Notes under the pieces: model-generated
What the model was told of the DNA's origin: nothing
The model's database searches: none
What the model saw: the letters and a program-made list of their open reading frames with translations, nothing else
Program-made: the position numbers and the translations under genes
Assembly (NCBI GenBank): GCA_910577095.1
Contig: CAJTLY010000006.1
Span: forward strand, 1,344 to 65,343
Reading direction: 5' to 3'
DNA: 64,000 nt
From: an uncultured Alphaproteobacteria bacterium
GTDB lineage: Bacteria; Pseudomonadota; Alphaproteobacteria; RF32; CAG-239
In this document: piece after piece, positions 26,121 through 35,062 of the stretch
Layout: every line of letters begins with the position of its first letter
Numbering within the stretch: the first letter of the stretch is position 1

Positions 26121-26561
26121 TTATTCGCGATGATACGGATGATGATTGATGATCGTCTGTATCCGATAAATCTGCTCGGTCAGTACTGCCCGCATCAACA
26201 TATGCGGCAACGTCAGCTTGCCGAAAGACAACAACAAATCCGCCCGTTCGCGCGTTGACGGCAAATGCCCGTCGGCACCGCCGATCAAAAAGCAAATTTC
26301 CGAACAACCGTTTAACATCCATTTTTCAATCCGGGCCGCCAGTTCGGTCGATTTCATATTGTCGCCCCGCTCGTCAAGAACAATCACTTTTGCGCCCGCG
26401 GGAACAGACGCCGTCAAAAAACGCGCTTCTTCTTCCTGCGTGGCATTGTCCTGCTCTTTTATTACCACATCCCACCCCGAGCGTTTGACATATTCGTCAA
26501 TCAACTGCTTTTCCGGCGAGTTGCGTTTGCATTTTCCGATCGCGATGATTGTAGCTTTCAT
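26121..26561 (-). CDS. rlmH: 23S rRNA (pseudouridine1915-N3)-methyltransferase
   Basis: 146 aa with IGGADG and LSFGKLTLPH..(M/V)R..L.EQ(I/L)YR SPOUT motifs. Confidence 0.85.
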   Translation of the reverse strand: MKATIIAIGKCKRNSPEKQLIDEYVKRSGWDVVIKEQDNATQEEEARFLTASVPAGAKVIVLDERGDNMKSTELAARIEKWMLNGCSEICFLIGGADGHLPSTRERADLLLSFGKLTLPHMLMRAVLTEQIYRIQTIINHHPYHRE

Positions 26562-26652
26562 TTTTTTCTCCGCTGTATCCGACTAATATCGTAATAACAT
26601 TTTCCGACACCGAAGCCAAGCCCAAATATGAGGTTTTGCCGCCCTTCCCCAC

Positions 26653-26681
26653 TTGACATTTTTGTCTAAAAATTTTATATT
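26653..26681 (+). promoter_or_regulatory. sigma70-like promoter TTGACA-N17-TATATT with embedded TTTTGTCTAAAA box
   Basis: Reads TTGACATTTTTGTCTAAAAATTTTATATT. Confidence 0.5.
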
Positions 26682-26719
26682 GTTTTTAGTGAAAATATTA
26701 TTATTAAAATTAAAAACTT

Positions 26720-27286
26720 ATGAATCTTTTAAAAAAACTTTTTCGCCGCCATGGTTCCTCGGGTTCCCAAGCTGCCGGCAACGACATCTTGTTTTCTCCC
26801 GAAGATTCCCGATTCCAGTCCCTCATCAGCCTGCCGGAACCGATTGTGCATCCCGGCGACATGATGGAAGAACTCGGCATCGCCGTCTGTATGCACCGGA
26901 AAAATTCCGTTGCCTTCGGCTCCGAGGATATCAAGGCCTATGAAGTGCTTTCGCCGGATGACAACAAGCATCTCTGCTTTTTTCTCGGCATGCTGAAAGA
27001 CGGTTGCTACTACGGAAACATCCCCGGCACTTCCTGCATCTGCACCTGCCGCCAAAACGACTATGTTTTCAAAGAAAGCAAAAGCTTCCGGATGCCGGTG
27101 ATGATTCGCAAAGACAGGATTTATATGCTGGAATGCTGTTACGACCGCAAAACTTTTCGGGTTGAAGCCGACGGCTTTTACAAAATTAACCGTCAAGACG
27201 GCAACTGCGAAACCGTTCTTCAATTTGAAGGCGACGATCGCCGTCTTAACAAGGCATTTTCCGTCATCAAAGACATTATGCACTGA
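26720..27286 (+). CDS. Cys-rich hypothetical protein (188 aa)
   Basis: 11 Cys, including CICTC and ECC. It has its own promoter and terminator. No family recognised. Confidence 0.55.
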   Translation: MNLLKKLFRRHGSSGSQAAGNDILFSPEDSRFQSLISLPEPIVHPGDMMEELGIAVCMHRKNSVAFGSEDIKAYEVLSPDDNKHLCFFLGMLKDGCYYGNIPGTSCICTCRQNDYVFKESKSFRMPVMIRKDRIYMLECCYDRKTFRVEADGFYKINRQDGNCETVLQFEGDDRRLNKAFSVIKDIMH

Positions 27287-27302
27287 CATCGGCGTACAAG
27301 TC

Positions 27303-27340
27303 AAAAAAGTCTCCTGATCAAAACAGGAGTCTTTTTTTTA
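27303..27340 (+). terminator. rho-independent terminator
   Basis: CTCCTG-loop7-CAGGAG followed by TCTTTTTTTT. Confidence 0.6.
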
Positions 27341-27416
27341 TCTTGGCTCACCCGACAAAAGCCTGTTTTTGAATCGTTGCTTGACTTAACCTGCGGCAAA
27401 CTTTAGAGTAAATGTT

Positions 27417-27887
27417 ATGAAAAAATCAACCTTATACATCATTCACGGGTTTATAGGTGCCGGTAAAACGACCTTTTCAAAAAAATTGGCATCAGAAATC
27501 GGCGCGGTTCATTTAAATCCGGATGAATGGTGTGTTAAATTGTTCTCCAAGAAAAATTATGAAGCAAATTGGGAAAAATGTTTTGCCGATACCATGGATA
27601 TTTTATGGAATAAAACAAAAGAGTATTTAAACAAAGGAACAGATGTCATTCTTGATATGGGTTTTTGGGACCGGGAATCCAGAAACTTGGCAAAAGACGT
27701 CGCCACTGAATCTAATTCATATTTTAAACACTACTACATATATGTGCCCGATAACATTGCAAAACAACGTATCTTGCAGCGTACCGGCAAAATTGCTGAA
27801 AACAATGTAAAATATTTCGACGAAATCAAAAAACTGTTTTCAGCTCCCGAAAGCGATGAAGATGCAATAATTATAAACAACTGTTAG
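27417..27887 (+). CDS. small P-loop NTPase/kinase-like protein (AAA_33/zeta-toxin-like size class)
   Basis: Walker A in IIHGFIGAGKTTF and a Walker-B-like VILDMGF. 156 aa. Markedly AT-rich. Confidence 0.65.
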   Translation: MKKSTLYIIHGFIGAGKTTFSKKLASEIGAVHLNPDEWCVKLFSKKNYEANWEKCFADTMDILWNKTKEYLNKGTDVILDMGFWDRESRNLAKDVATESNSYFKHYYIYVPDNIAKQRILQRTGKIAENNVKYFDEIKKLFSAPESDEDAIIINNC

Positions 27888-27927
27888 ATTAGAAACAAGC
27901 CTCTCCCCATCCGTTGAACCTTTATCT

Positions 27928-27956
27928 AAAAACCGGCGTTTTAGACGCCGGTTTTT
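27928..27956. terminator. bidirectional rho-independent terminator
   Basis: AAAAA-CCGGCGT-loop5-ACGCCGG-TTTTT. Confidence 0.75.
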
Positions 27957-27967
27957 CAAACAGAAGC

Positions 27968-28336
27968 TCATTCCTTACGCAGGTTGGCCACCGAAGTCCA
28001 CATTTTTTCCAAATTGTAAAAATCGCGTACTTCGGGACGGAAAATATGCACAATAACATCGTAAGCATCGATCAAAACCCAATCGCCGCGGGTTTCGCCT
28101 TCGCTGACCGACTTATATCCCGCAGCCTTCAGATTCTCCTGAACCCGCTGAGCCAGAGAAATGACATGACGATCCGAAGTTCCCGACGCCACCACCATTT
28201 CGTTGGCAATCGAAGTCTTGCCGCGCAAATCAATCACCACCATATCTTCGGCCTTGCCGTCTTCCAAACTGGCGGTAACGATATCCAACACCTGATTTTC
28301 TTCCTGTTTTTCTTTTTTATTTAACAAAATTCTCAC
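27968..28336 (-). CDS. rsfS: ribosome silencing factor
   Basis: 122 aa. The DY..(V/I)IVH(I/V)F....R..Y.LE..W motif is present as DAYDVIVHIFRPEVRDFYNLEKMW. Confidence 0.85.
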   Translation of the reverse strand: MRILLNKKEKQEENQVLDIVTASLEDGKAEDMVVIDLRGKTSIANEMVVASGTSDRHVISLAQRVQENLKAAGYKSVSEGETRGDWVLIDAYDVIVHIFRPEVRDFYNLEKMWTSVANLRKE

Positions 28337-28344
28337 TCCTTATT

Positions 28345-29412
<1,068 letters not shown>

Positions 29413-29414
29413 TT

Positions 29415-29448
29415 AAAAAAAACGGAGGGGATCGTTCAACCCCCTCCG
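29415..29448 (-). terminator. strong hairpin plus U8 between rpmA and obg (terminator or attenuator)
   Basis: The minus strand reads CGGAGGGG-loop10-CCCCTCCG followed by TTTTTTTT. The T-run ends 15 nt before the obg ATG. Confidence 0.65.
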
Positions 29449-29466
29449 CCGTGACCTTTCGAAAAG

Positions 29467-29718
29467 TTATTCGGTAACTACGGAAACAACCGTTTTGTCA
29501 CCCGATTTCTTGAAAGATACTTTACCTTCGGCAGTGGCAAAAATGGTGTGGTCTTTACCCAGACCGACGTTTTCACCGGGATGATACTTGGTACCGCGCT
29601 GACGAATGATGATGTTGCCGGCAATGACGGCCTGTCCGCCCGACTTTTTCAAACCCAAACGACGTCCTTCGGTATCGCGTCCGTTAGAAGTACTGCCACC
29701 TGATTTCTTATGTGCCAT
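29467..29718 (-). CDS. rpmA: 50S ribosomal protein L27
   Basis: [22 protein letters not shown] is canonical. Confidence 0.95.
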   Translation of the reverse strand: MAHKKSGGSTSNGRDTEGRRLGLKKSGGQAVIAGNIIIRQRGTKYHPGENVGLGKDHTIFATAEGKVSFKKSGDKTVVSVVTE

Positions 29719-29745
29719 AACTAAATCTCCTGAAAAACCTATTGT

Positions 29746-30042
29746 TTATGCAATTTCTGCAATTTTAACAATAGTAATATTTTGTCTGTGGCCGTTTTTG
29801 CGGCGATAATTCTGTCTTCTTTTTTTCTTGAAAACAATAACCTTATCAGCCTTAGCCTGTTTCAAAATGGTTGCTTTAACCGACGCACCGGCAACCAACG
29901 GTTTGCCGACATTGTCACCCAAAGCCAAAACCTCGCTAAAAACAATCTCACTACCTTCATCACCAGCGAGTTTCTCGACTTTGATAACGTCTCCGGAAGC
30001 GACCTTATATTGTTTTCCGCCTGTCTTAATTACTGCGTACAT
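29746..30042 (-). CDS. rplU: 50S ribosomal protein L21
   Basis: MYAVIKTGGKQYKV is canonical. Start set at ATG 30042 behind an AGGTGA SD. Confidence 0.95.
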   Translation of the reverse strand: MYAVIKTGGKQYKVASGDVIKVEKLAGDEGSEIVFSEVLALGDNVGKPLVAGASVKATILKQAKADKVIVFKKKRRQNYRRKNGHRQNITIVKIAEIA

Positions 30043-30150
30043 TTTTCTCACCTAAATTTTATTTTGATTATTTAAACACAAAACGTTGTTTGCAATATAC
30101 ATAAGTTTTTTTTGCTGTCAACAATATTTTCAATAAAAATGCCGGGCAGC

Positions 30151-30627
30151 TTATTTATTAAGAATCCGATACAGCTGCGGTTTCATGAATTTGCCCTGCC
30201 AGATTCCCCGTTTTTCGGTACGGGCTTCTGCCTCGGCGGCAGAATAATCGGAATACTTGCTTTTATACACCACCGCCCAGCCGGCCTTCACCATTTCTTC
30301 GTTAAGATTGAGCTTTTTCCCCGACGGCAGGGTCACATAACAGGTGCAAAGACTGCGTTTGTAGCGGTCCAGATCATGCTCAATGCATTTTACCCGTCCC
30401 TTGTCAACCAAATTTTGCAAATATTCCTTGGCATCAAGGCCGCAGGCATATTTCTTTTTGTTTTCCAAACGGCAGTCCTGATAATATTCAGGCGAGTCGA
30501 TTCCTTCCAGACGGATCCGCACGTTTTTCATTTCCAGACTGTCGCCGTCCACAACCGTGACGTTTACCGCTGCGGCCGCTGCGCCCGCATACAGACATCC
30601 GGCCAACAAATAACTAAGCAGTTTCAT
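30151..30627 (-). CDS. secreted thermonuclease (SNase) family protein
   Basis: Signal peptide followed by VVDGDSLEM..VRIRLEGIDSPE, the SNase signature. Confidence 0.8.
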   Translation of the reverse strand: MKLLSYLLAGCLYAGAAAAAVNVTVVDGDSLEMKNVRIRLEGIDSPEYYQDCRLENKKKYACGLDAKEYLQNLVDKGRVKCIEHDLDRYKRSLCTCYVTLPSGKKLNLNEEMVKAGWAVVYKSKYSDYSAAEAEARTEKRGIWQGKFMKPQLYRILNK

Positions 30628-30795
30628 ATTCTTTCCCCCGCTGGTTTACGCTTGGCTTTTATTATAAAGGCAACCGTTTTATTATGCAAACACTAAATTA
30701 TTACATGATAAATTAAAAAAATCTTTGTGTTTTAATAATTTTGTCTTATTATAAGGGCAGTTTTTTAAATTTGGTTTAAAAAAGGATTAGGAATC

Positions 30796-31671
30796 GTGTC
30801 AAAGAAAAAAGCTCTCTGTCTGTTGATCATTTCATTGTTTACCGTCAGCAGCTGTCGTTTTTGGGACCGCAGCATGCAAGACGTCATGAACGACCCGTTG
30901 GACAAAGCCAACGCCCCGGCCGAAGATTACGGCAAACGGTATGTCGAACTGGCGCCCCTTTCAATGCCCCGTTCGGTAATTGTCTGCCGCAGCAAACAAT
31001 GTGCACCGATCAAACTGTCGATGTCAAAAGAATATATCTACAACAGCCTGGTCCAGATGTTTCAAAACAACAACCACCAGAAAGCCTTGGTTTGTGCCGC
31101 CGACGTCGGCAGTCACAACTGCTTTGAAAATTACGTCTCCCTGCCGATCACCGTCGGCATTACACCGGCCTACATGTATATAGATTCGGTTAAGATCAGC
31201 GACATTACCGTCAACAAAGGCAGTCGTTCCATCAACATGATGCTTAACTATAATGTTACCTATAACGGACAAACGCCCGACTGTGCTCCTGACAAAACCC
31301 TGATGTTCGTCAAAAATGCCGACAACATTGTCATGGAAGACAAAGGTTATCGCTGCAAAATGACCACCATCGGCACCACGACCATAAAGACCCTGTTCCT
31401 GGTTGACTTCATCGACCTCGATTACGGTTTCATCGGCGGTTATTATTCAATCGGCCTTTCCGGTCCCGCTTACGGCGGCGGCTCGGGCTATATGATGATC
31501 CGCATGGCCAAAACCGGTTATCCGCTGCTGCCGATGCCCAAAGCGCCGGCTCAAAAGCCCAAGTTAACCCCGGGACAAGAACAGGCCGAGGCTTACATTG
31601 AAGGCAAAGATACGACGTCGGCCGCCCGCACCGACGGCGTGGAAGTATTTCCGATCAACTACAAAAAATAA
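30796..31671 (+). CDS. hypothetical lipoprotein (291 aa)
   Basis: GTG start. The lipobox reads LFTVSS|C. Cys-rich mature part and a Pro/Lys-rich C-terminal segment. No family recognised. Confidence 0.55.
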   Translation: MSKKKALCLLIISLFTVSSCRFWDRSMQDVMNDPLDKANAPAEDYGKRYVELAPLSMPRSVIVCRSKQCAPIKLSMSKEYIYNSLVQMFQNNNHQKALVCAADVGSHNCFENYVSLPITVGITPAYMYIDSVKISDITVNKGSRSINMMLNYNVTYNGQTPDCAPDKTLMFVKNADNIVMEDKGYRCKMTTIGTTTIKTLFLVDFIDLDYGFIGGYYSIGLSGPAYGGGSGYMMIRMAKTGYPLLPMPKAPAQKPKLTPGQEQAEAYIEGKDTTSAARTDGVEVFPINYKK

Positions 31672-31897
31672 ATGCTTCTACGATTATCGTCAAAGCTGCC
31701 TGTTAACAGCAGGCAGTTTTTTATATTTAAAATTTGATCGGCTTTTTCGCAAGCTTGAAAGTCGTTTCAATTTCGATCTTTCGTTTTTCCGTTTTTCAAG
31801 CCGTTTGACAACCGTCGTAAAAAGCGGCATCGTCCAAATCGGACATTTCAGAATATAAAAAAGCCCCCGCAACGGGGGCTTGATAAAATTTCACCGT

Positions 31898-32755
31898 TTA
31901 TTTCTTCACCGCATAGGAAAAGTAACGCGGTTTCTCATAAACCACGATGCGCTCGATTTTCTCAAAGGCAGTGGTCTTGTTCCCATAAATGATTTTGCCG
32001 TTGGTTCCCGGCATCTTGCCGTGACGTTCCTGATATTCCCTCAAATCCATCAAATTCATGAAAACGCCGTTTTCAAAAAAGACGTTCCAGCCATAGGCCG
32101 AATCAATATTGACATGCAGCGTTTTGATGTTCTTGTCATAATCAAGAAACTCCGGCATATAAGTCTGCGAAACTTCATAAACTTTCTCATTCAGGCTGCC
32201 GTCATACCACGTCAGGTTTTTGAACACTTCATCATCCTGAGCGGCCAGCGAATACTCACCGCTGCGGCTCGGTTCGTTAACGATTGCCGGTTCGGCCGTC
32301 TGAACCGCGGCCGGTTTGTCGCTGTTTTTTGCCGTCTCCTCATTTTGGGTGCTTGCGGGCCGGACGGACATCGTTTCAGGCATCGGTGCCGCCGACGGAC
32401 TGTTTGCCAAAAGTTCGGCCATGGTCGCTGCCGGTTTGCCGCTCGGAACCGCTTTTGCCTCCGCTGATACCGTTGAAGTCGCAGCCGTCGGTTGCGGCTC
32501 GGTTTGCGTCGCCGAAACCGCATCATCGTTTTCCGTTCCGTATTTGCTCAGAGCCGTATCCAGATCGTCAATGCTGAAATCGTTAAAATCGATTAAATCG
32601 TCATCGGCAATCTCACCGACATCATCATCCATACCGGCCGAAAGCGTTGACGCATCGGCAGACAGAAAGGCCTCCAGATCGGCCGGATTATCACCGTCGT
32701 CCAAGCCCATATTTTTCAGATTAATTTCCAACTCGTCATTTTTCCCGTCTGCCAT
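31898..32755 (-). CDS. hypothetical protein (285 aa): acidic disordered N-terminal ~170 aa plus aromatic-rich C-terminal domain
   Basis: The N-terminus is rich in D/E/A/P/T with no TM helix or signal peptide. The C-terminal ~110 aa look globular (WYDGSLNEKVYEV...YGWNVFFENGVF). No family recognised. Confidence 0.55.
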   Translation of the reverse strand: MADGKNDELEINLKNMGLDDGDNPADLEAFLSADASTLSAGMDDDVGEIADDDLIDFNDFSIDDLDTALSKYGTENDDAVSATQTEPQPTAATSTVSAEAKAVPSGKPAATMAELLANSPSAAPMPETMSVRPASTQNEETAKNSDKPAAVQTAEPAIVNEPSRSGEYSLAAQDDEVFKNLTWYDGSLNEKVYEVSQTYMPEFLDYDKNIKTLHVNIDSAYGWNVFFENGVFMNLMDLREYQERHGKMPGTNGKIIYGNKTTAFEKIERIVVYEKPRYFSYAVKK

Positions 32756-32946
32756 TGCACAATCCTTAACATTCAGAATTTAAAACCGATAACAGCTTAT
32801 ACAATATAAGTTAATTTGTTTTTAACAAAAAAAACATCATACTTCAAGCGAAGATATCACAAATAAAAAAAGTTTTTCAGCCGTACCCAGATAAGGCGTA
32901 ACTGAAAAACCTTTTTTATCGGAAAGTATATTTCCTGATATGAGAG

Positions 32947-34323
32947 TTATAAGGGAATAGAAATGAGTACCCTCAAGCCTCCTATCGGTGAATCGAGAAG
33001 CTCAATTTTGCCCCCGTGTGAAACAATAACGTCCTTGGCAATCGACAAGCCGAGACCGACACCCCCGGTTTCCTTGTTGCGGGATCCTTCAATCCGGTAA
33101 AAGGCTTTAAAGACTTCTTCCCGCTTATCGGCCGGAATTCCCGGACCGTCGTCGTCAATCATCACTTCCAGCTTGTTGTTGTTGCTTTCGAGCGATACTG
33201 CTACCGTACTGCCGTAATTGAAAGCATTGCCGATAACATTGGTCAAGGCCCGTTTCAACGACTGTTCCCGGCCCTGAATCGCGCTCACCTGATCGTTGGT
33301 GCTGTAACGGATCAAAGCCTTGCTGTTGCGGAACTTGTTCAAAATGCTCAAAATCATTTCGTTCATATCGACAAAGGTCGACGGTTCTCCGCCTTCTCCG
33401 CTGACAAACGACAGATAACCTTCCAGCATTTTTTCCATTTCGTTCACATCCTGCAGAAATTCCTGCTTGTCCAGAGCGCTTTCTTCACCGGTTTGATCCG
33501 GCAGCATAGCCAACTGCAGTTTCATACGCGTCAACGGCGTCCGCAAATCATGAGAAACACCGGCCAACATCTGGGTCCGTTCACTGATCTGACGCTGGAT
33601 TCTTTCCTTCATCTTGATAAAGGCAATTCCGGCGCGCCGCACCTCGGATGAACCGTAAGGCTTAAACTTCTTATTATCCACGCCTTTGCCGAATTCCTCC
33701 GCCGCGCCGGCCAAATCTGCAATCGAACGTACCTGAATTCGCAAAAACAACACCGCCACCAAAAACAGCAGCATCGACGTCCCGATCATCCAGGCCACAA
33801 AACCGAAAATCGAAGTGCTGAAAATATTTTTCGACGACGTCGCAAATTGATATAATCCGTTTTTGGTATCAACAAAGACAACCAGATCCGGATTGCTCTT
33901 GCCCATATAAATGCTTGTATTGGCATCGGGAAATTCTGCACTGAGCGCATCTTCGAGAAAACCGGTTACCAGTTTGTTACTGTTTCGCACTTTGTGGATG
34001 ACATCATGTTTCTCCTGGTTGGGATAATACTGAAAGTCGATATCAAAAATTTTCTTGGTCAGCGCCTGAATTTCCGGAATATTGTCCGGAGACTCTTCCG
34101 CCAACTGCATGGCAAAAGCCATATTTGAGGTCAAATTGGTAGACAGCCGTTTGCCGACCCGTCCCCATGTACCGTCAAAAAAGGCAACGATTGAAACCAC
34201 CTGAACCACAATCAACGGAATGAAGATCAGCAGCATCGTCCGGAAAAACAACGTCCGCGGCAGTATCCTGATTTTCAGGTAGCGCAACGTGTCCTCCACT
34301 TTTTTCGGAAATGTCAAATGCAT
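32947..34323 (-). CDS. EnvZ-like sensor histidine kinase
   Basis: Two TM helices, a HAMP domain, H-box SHDLRTPL, and N/G boxes (DDDGPGIP, GGVGLGLSI). Confidence 0.85.
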   Translation of the reverse strand: MHLTFPKKVEDTLRYLKIRILPRTLFFRTMLLIFIPLIVVQVVSIVAFFDGTWGRVGKRLSTNLTSNMAFAMQLAEESPDNIPEIQALTKKIFDIDFQYYPNQEKHDVIHKVRNSNKLVTGFLEDALSAEFPDANTSIYMGKSNPDLVVFVDTKNGLYQFATSSKNIFSTSIFGFVAWMIGTSMLLFLVAVLFLRIQVRSIADLAGAAEEFGKGVDNKKFKPYGSSEVRRAGIAFIKMKERIQRQISERTQMLAGVSHDLRTPLTRMKLQLAMLPDQTGEESALDKQEFLQDVNEMEKMLEGYLSFVSGEGGEPSTFVDMNEMILSILNKFRNSKALIRYSTNDQVSAIQGREQSLKRALTNVIGNAFNYGSTVAVSLESNNNKLEVMIDDDGPGIPADKREEVFKAFYRIEGSRNKETGGVGLGLSIAKDVIVSHGGKIELLDSPIGGLRVLISIPL

Positions 34324-34353
34324 TTTCCAGCTCCTTGTTAGTTATCAAAAAAA

Positions 34354-35043
34354 TTATTCGGTCAGCAGCATATAACCTTTGCCGCGCACCGTCTGCAAAT
34401 AGCGGGGATTTTTTGAATCCTTCTCTATTTTTTTGCGCAAACGCGTTACCTGCACGTCAATTGACCGCGGTCCCTGGCCGGCCCCCAGCAATTCCGCCAG
34501 CCGGTCACGACTGAAAATCTGTCCCGGTTTTTGCCCCAACAGCGACAGCATCGCCTGTTCGACCGGTGTGATATGGATAATTTCTCCTTGTTTGCCGGTC
34601 AGTTCTTTGGCGTCCAGATCATAGCGGCACAACCCCAGATTGAGCCTGGTCTCTTGTTTCTCACTCTCCTGAGGAGAACGGCGCAAAATGTTTTTGATCC
34701 GCAGAACCAGTTCCTTAGGCTCAAACGGCTTTGCCAAATAGTCGTCGGCACCGCTTTCCAAACCGGCAATTCTGTCACCGGTTTCGCCCATCGCCGTCAA
34801 TAAGATGACCGGCACCGCGTTTTCGCGACGCAGACGCGACAAAAATTCCAAACCGCTTTCTTCGGGCATCATAATATCGACAATCAGCAGATCAAACTTG
34901 TATTGTTGCAGCATCAGCCGTGCTTCCGCTGCCCCTTTTGCCGAAGATACCAAAAAGCCGTTTTCGCGCAGAAACCGCTGCAACAAAGCACGCAGACGCG
35001 TGTCGTCGTCAACCACCAGAAGATGAGGCTTGCGCATTTCCAT
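34354..35043 (-). CDS. OmpR-family response regulator
   Basis: LLVVDDD..LRALL..FL receiver domain close to E. coli OmpR, plus a winged-helix C-terminus (RYLQTVRGKGY). Confidence 0.9.
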   Translation of the reverse strand: MEMRKPHLLVVDDDTRLRALLQRFLRENGFLVSSAKGAAEARLMLQQYKFDLLIVDIMMPEESGLEFLSRLRRENAVPVILLTAMGETGDRIAGLESGADDYLAKPFEPKELVLRIKNILRRSPQESEKQETRLNLGLCRYDLDAKELTGKQGEIIHITPVEQAMLSLLGQKPGQIFSRDRLAELLGAGQGPRSIDVQVTRLRKKIEKDSKNPRYLQTVRGKGYMLLTE

Positions 35044-35062
35044 CGGCCGTTTCCGCCCGTCG

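Noticed and set aside
26664-26669. GTCTAA in the recurrent promoter box resembles the -10 element of RpoE-type ECF sigma promoters.
   Set aside because: No GGAAC-type -35 lies 15-17 nt upstream in any of the copies. Each copy instead sits between good sigma70 -35 and -10 hexamers.
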